Shown piece by piece: positions 63,102 to 64,000 of a DNA stretch of 64,000 nucleotides. Under the pieces are notes generated by a model. The model was given only the letters and a program-made list of their open reading frames with translations. It was not told the origin of the DNA and did no database searches. The stretch is from positions 1,426,001-1,490,000 of the forward strand of contig CM030334.1 in assembly GCA_017654855.1 (NCBI GenBank). The letters run 5' to 3'. Position numbers and translations under genes: made by a program. This DNA is from Podospora anserina (lineage: Eukaryota). How positions within the stretch are numbered: position 1 is the first letter of the stretch; every line of letters starts with the position of its first letter.

Positions 63102-63212
63102 CTTGGCCCAGGCAACCACCATCCGATATCGTCCCCGTCCTCCGTTGTATTCCTGTTTCCACACGGAGGGGCCAGGTCCTGGGTTCGAATCCCGGGGTTC
63201 GCACAAGATTTT
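63102..63212 (+). ncRNA. tRNA-3'-half-like element with long stem, B box and oligo-T
   Basis: CTTGGCCC/GGGCCAGG and CTCCGT/ACGGAG stems; AGGTC-CTGGG-TTCGAAT-CCCGG-GGTTCGC-A; TTTT. Confidence 0.5.
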
Positions 63213-64000
63213 ATCACCAAAGTCTGACAACGATTGGAGGATCGGCTGGAACTGGGGGGTATAATAAGGAGGGGGGTGGGGGGGGGGGGACTGAAATCCT
63301 CGTACAATCCTTTCGTTGAAGGATGACATTTGGGTCTTGTCGGGTGGTGAGGGGATGAATGGGGGTGTGTCTCGCTGTTTTGCTGTTGTGGTGCTGATAC
63401 TATCTCTGGCCACCACGATGATAGAGACATCTTTTACTCTTGATAGTATCTTCTTCCGACTTTGGTACGTCCAATCTAATGAGGCGGTACTCACCTGCAC
63501 ATACCAAGTCCTCAACTACCTACGCGTCACTGAGCCGAATCACCGCTCATCTCTCCCATCTACACGCAAAGCCATCACCATAGCAACAAGACACTTTAAA
63601 TCTTGTCCTCTCAAGTCTTCCCATTTAAATCATAACTCGCACGCTCTTCTCCCCATTCATCTTGATATATCACTTTGCTCACCTCCTCCCCTTCCGCCCT
63701 TCCGACTATCAACACAGTCCAACAAAATGAGAATCACCATCTACCTTGACTTCGAAGTCCTGAAACAGGCTGGTCAATTGTCTCAACGCTACTTGACCTT
63801 TTAAACAAAGTTATTGTCTCGTTTATCTTTCTCTTCATCCTCAACCGACCGACGAGATCACCTACCTACCAGAGAAAGCTAGGTAAATCACCTAGAATAT
63901 CTAGCATATAGCAAAAGAAAACGAGCGGGTAGGGTAGGTAGATTCAACACTGCTAGGGGCTCGCCTGATGAAATTGAAGCGAGTCTCTCACAACGACATG

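Overview
Gene-dense window from a filamentous ascomycete, with short GT-AG introns and CTAAC-type branch sites. The abundant CCTA/TAGG and GA microsatellites and the composition suggest a Sordariales fungus such as Podospora (inference). About 19 intact genes are recognisable: PNPOx-like, HRQ1, RanBP1-domain, RING E3, FIS1, SPC24, TatD/Scn1, Zn2Cys6 TF, Ca/H exchanger, NCL1, MTG2, YIP4-like, PAS protein, EED, RRN11-like, complex I 29.9 kDa subunit, metallophosphoesterase and hypotheticals. A block at 41.7-45.5 kb holds two decayed pseudogenes. The most unusual signal is a family of tRNA-like elements. Three tandem copies at 40.1-41.3 kb keep the acceptor, D and T arms, A/B boxes and oligo-T, but the anticodon loop is replaced by a long variable hairpin. 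A fourth copy at 1.8-2.05 kb has a (CT)n tract in place of its D arm, and further 3'-half/B-box elements lie at 39.2, 62.4 and 63.2 kb. Also notable are a coding-like in-frame extension after the NCL1 TAG stop and a PTS2 motif between two in-frame ATGs of the PNPOx-like gene. Protein calls are from motif recognition, not database searches.
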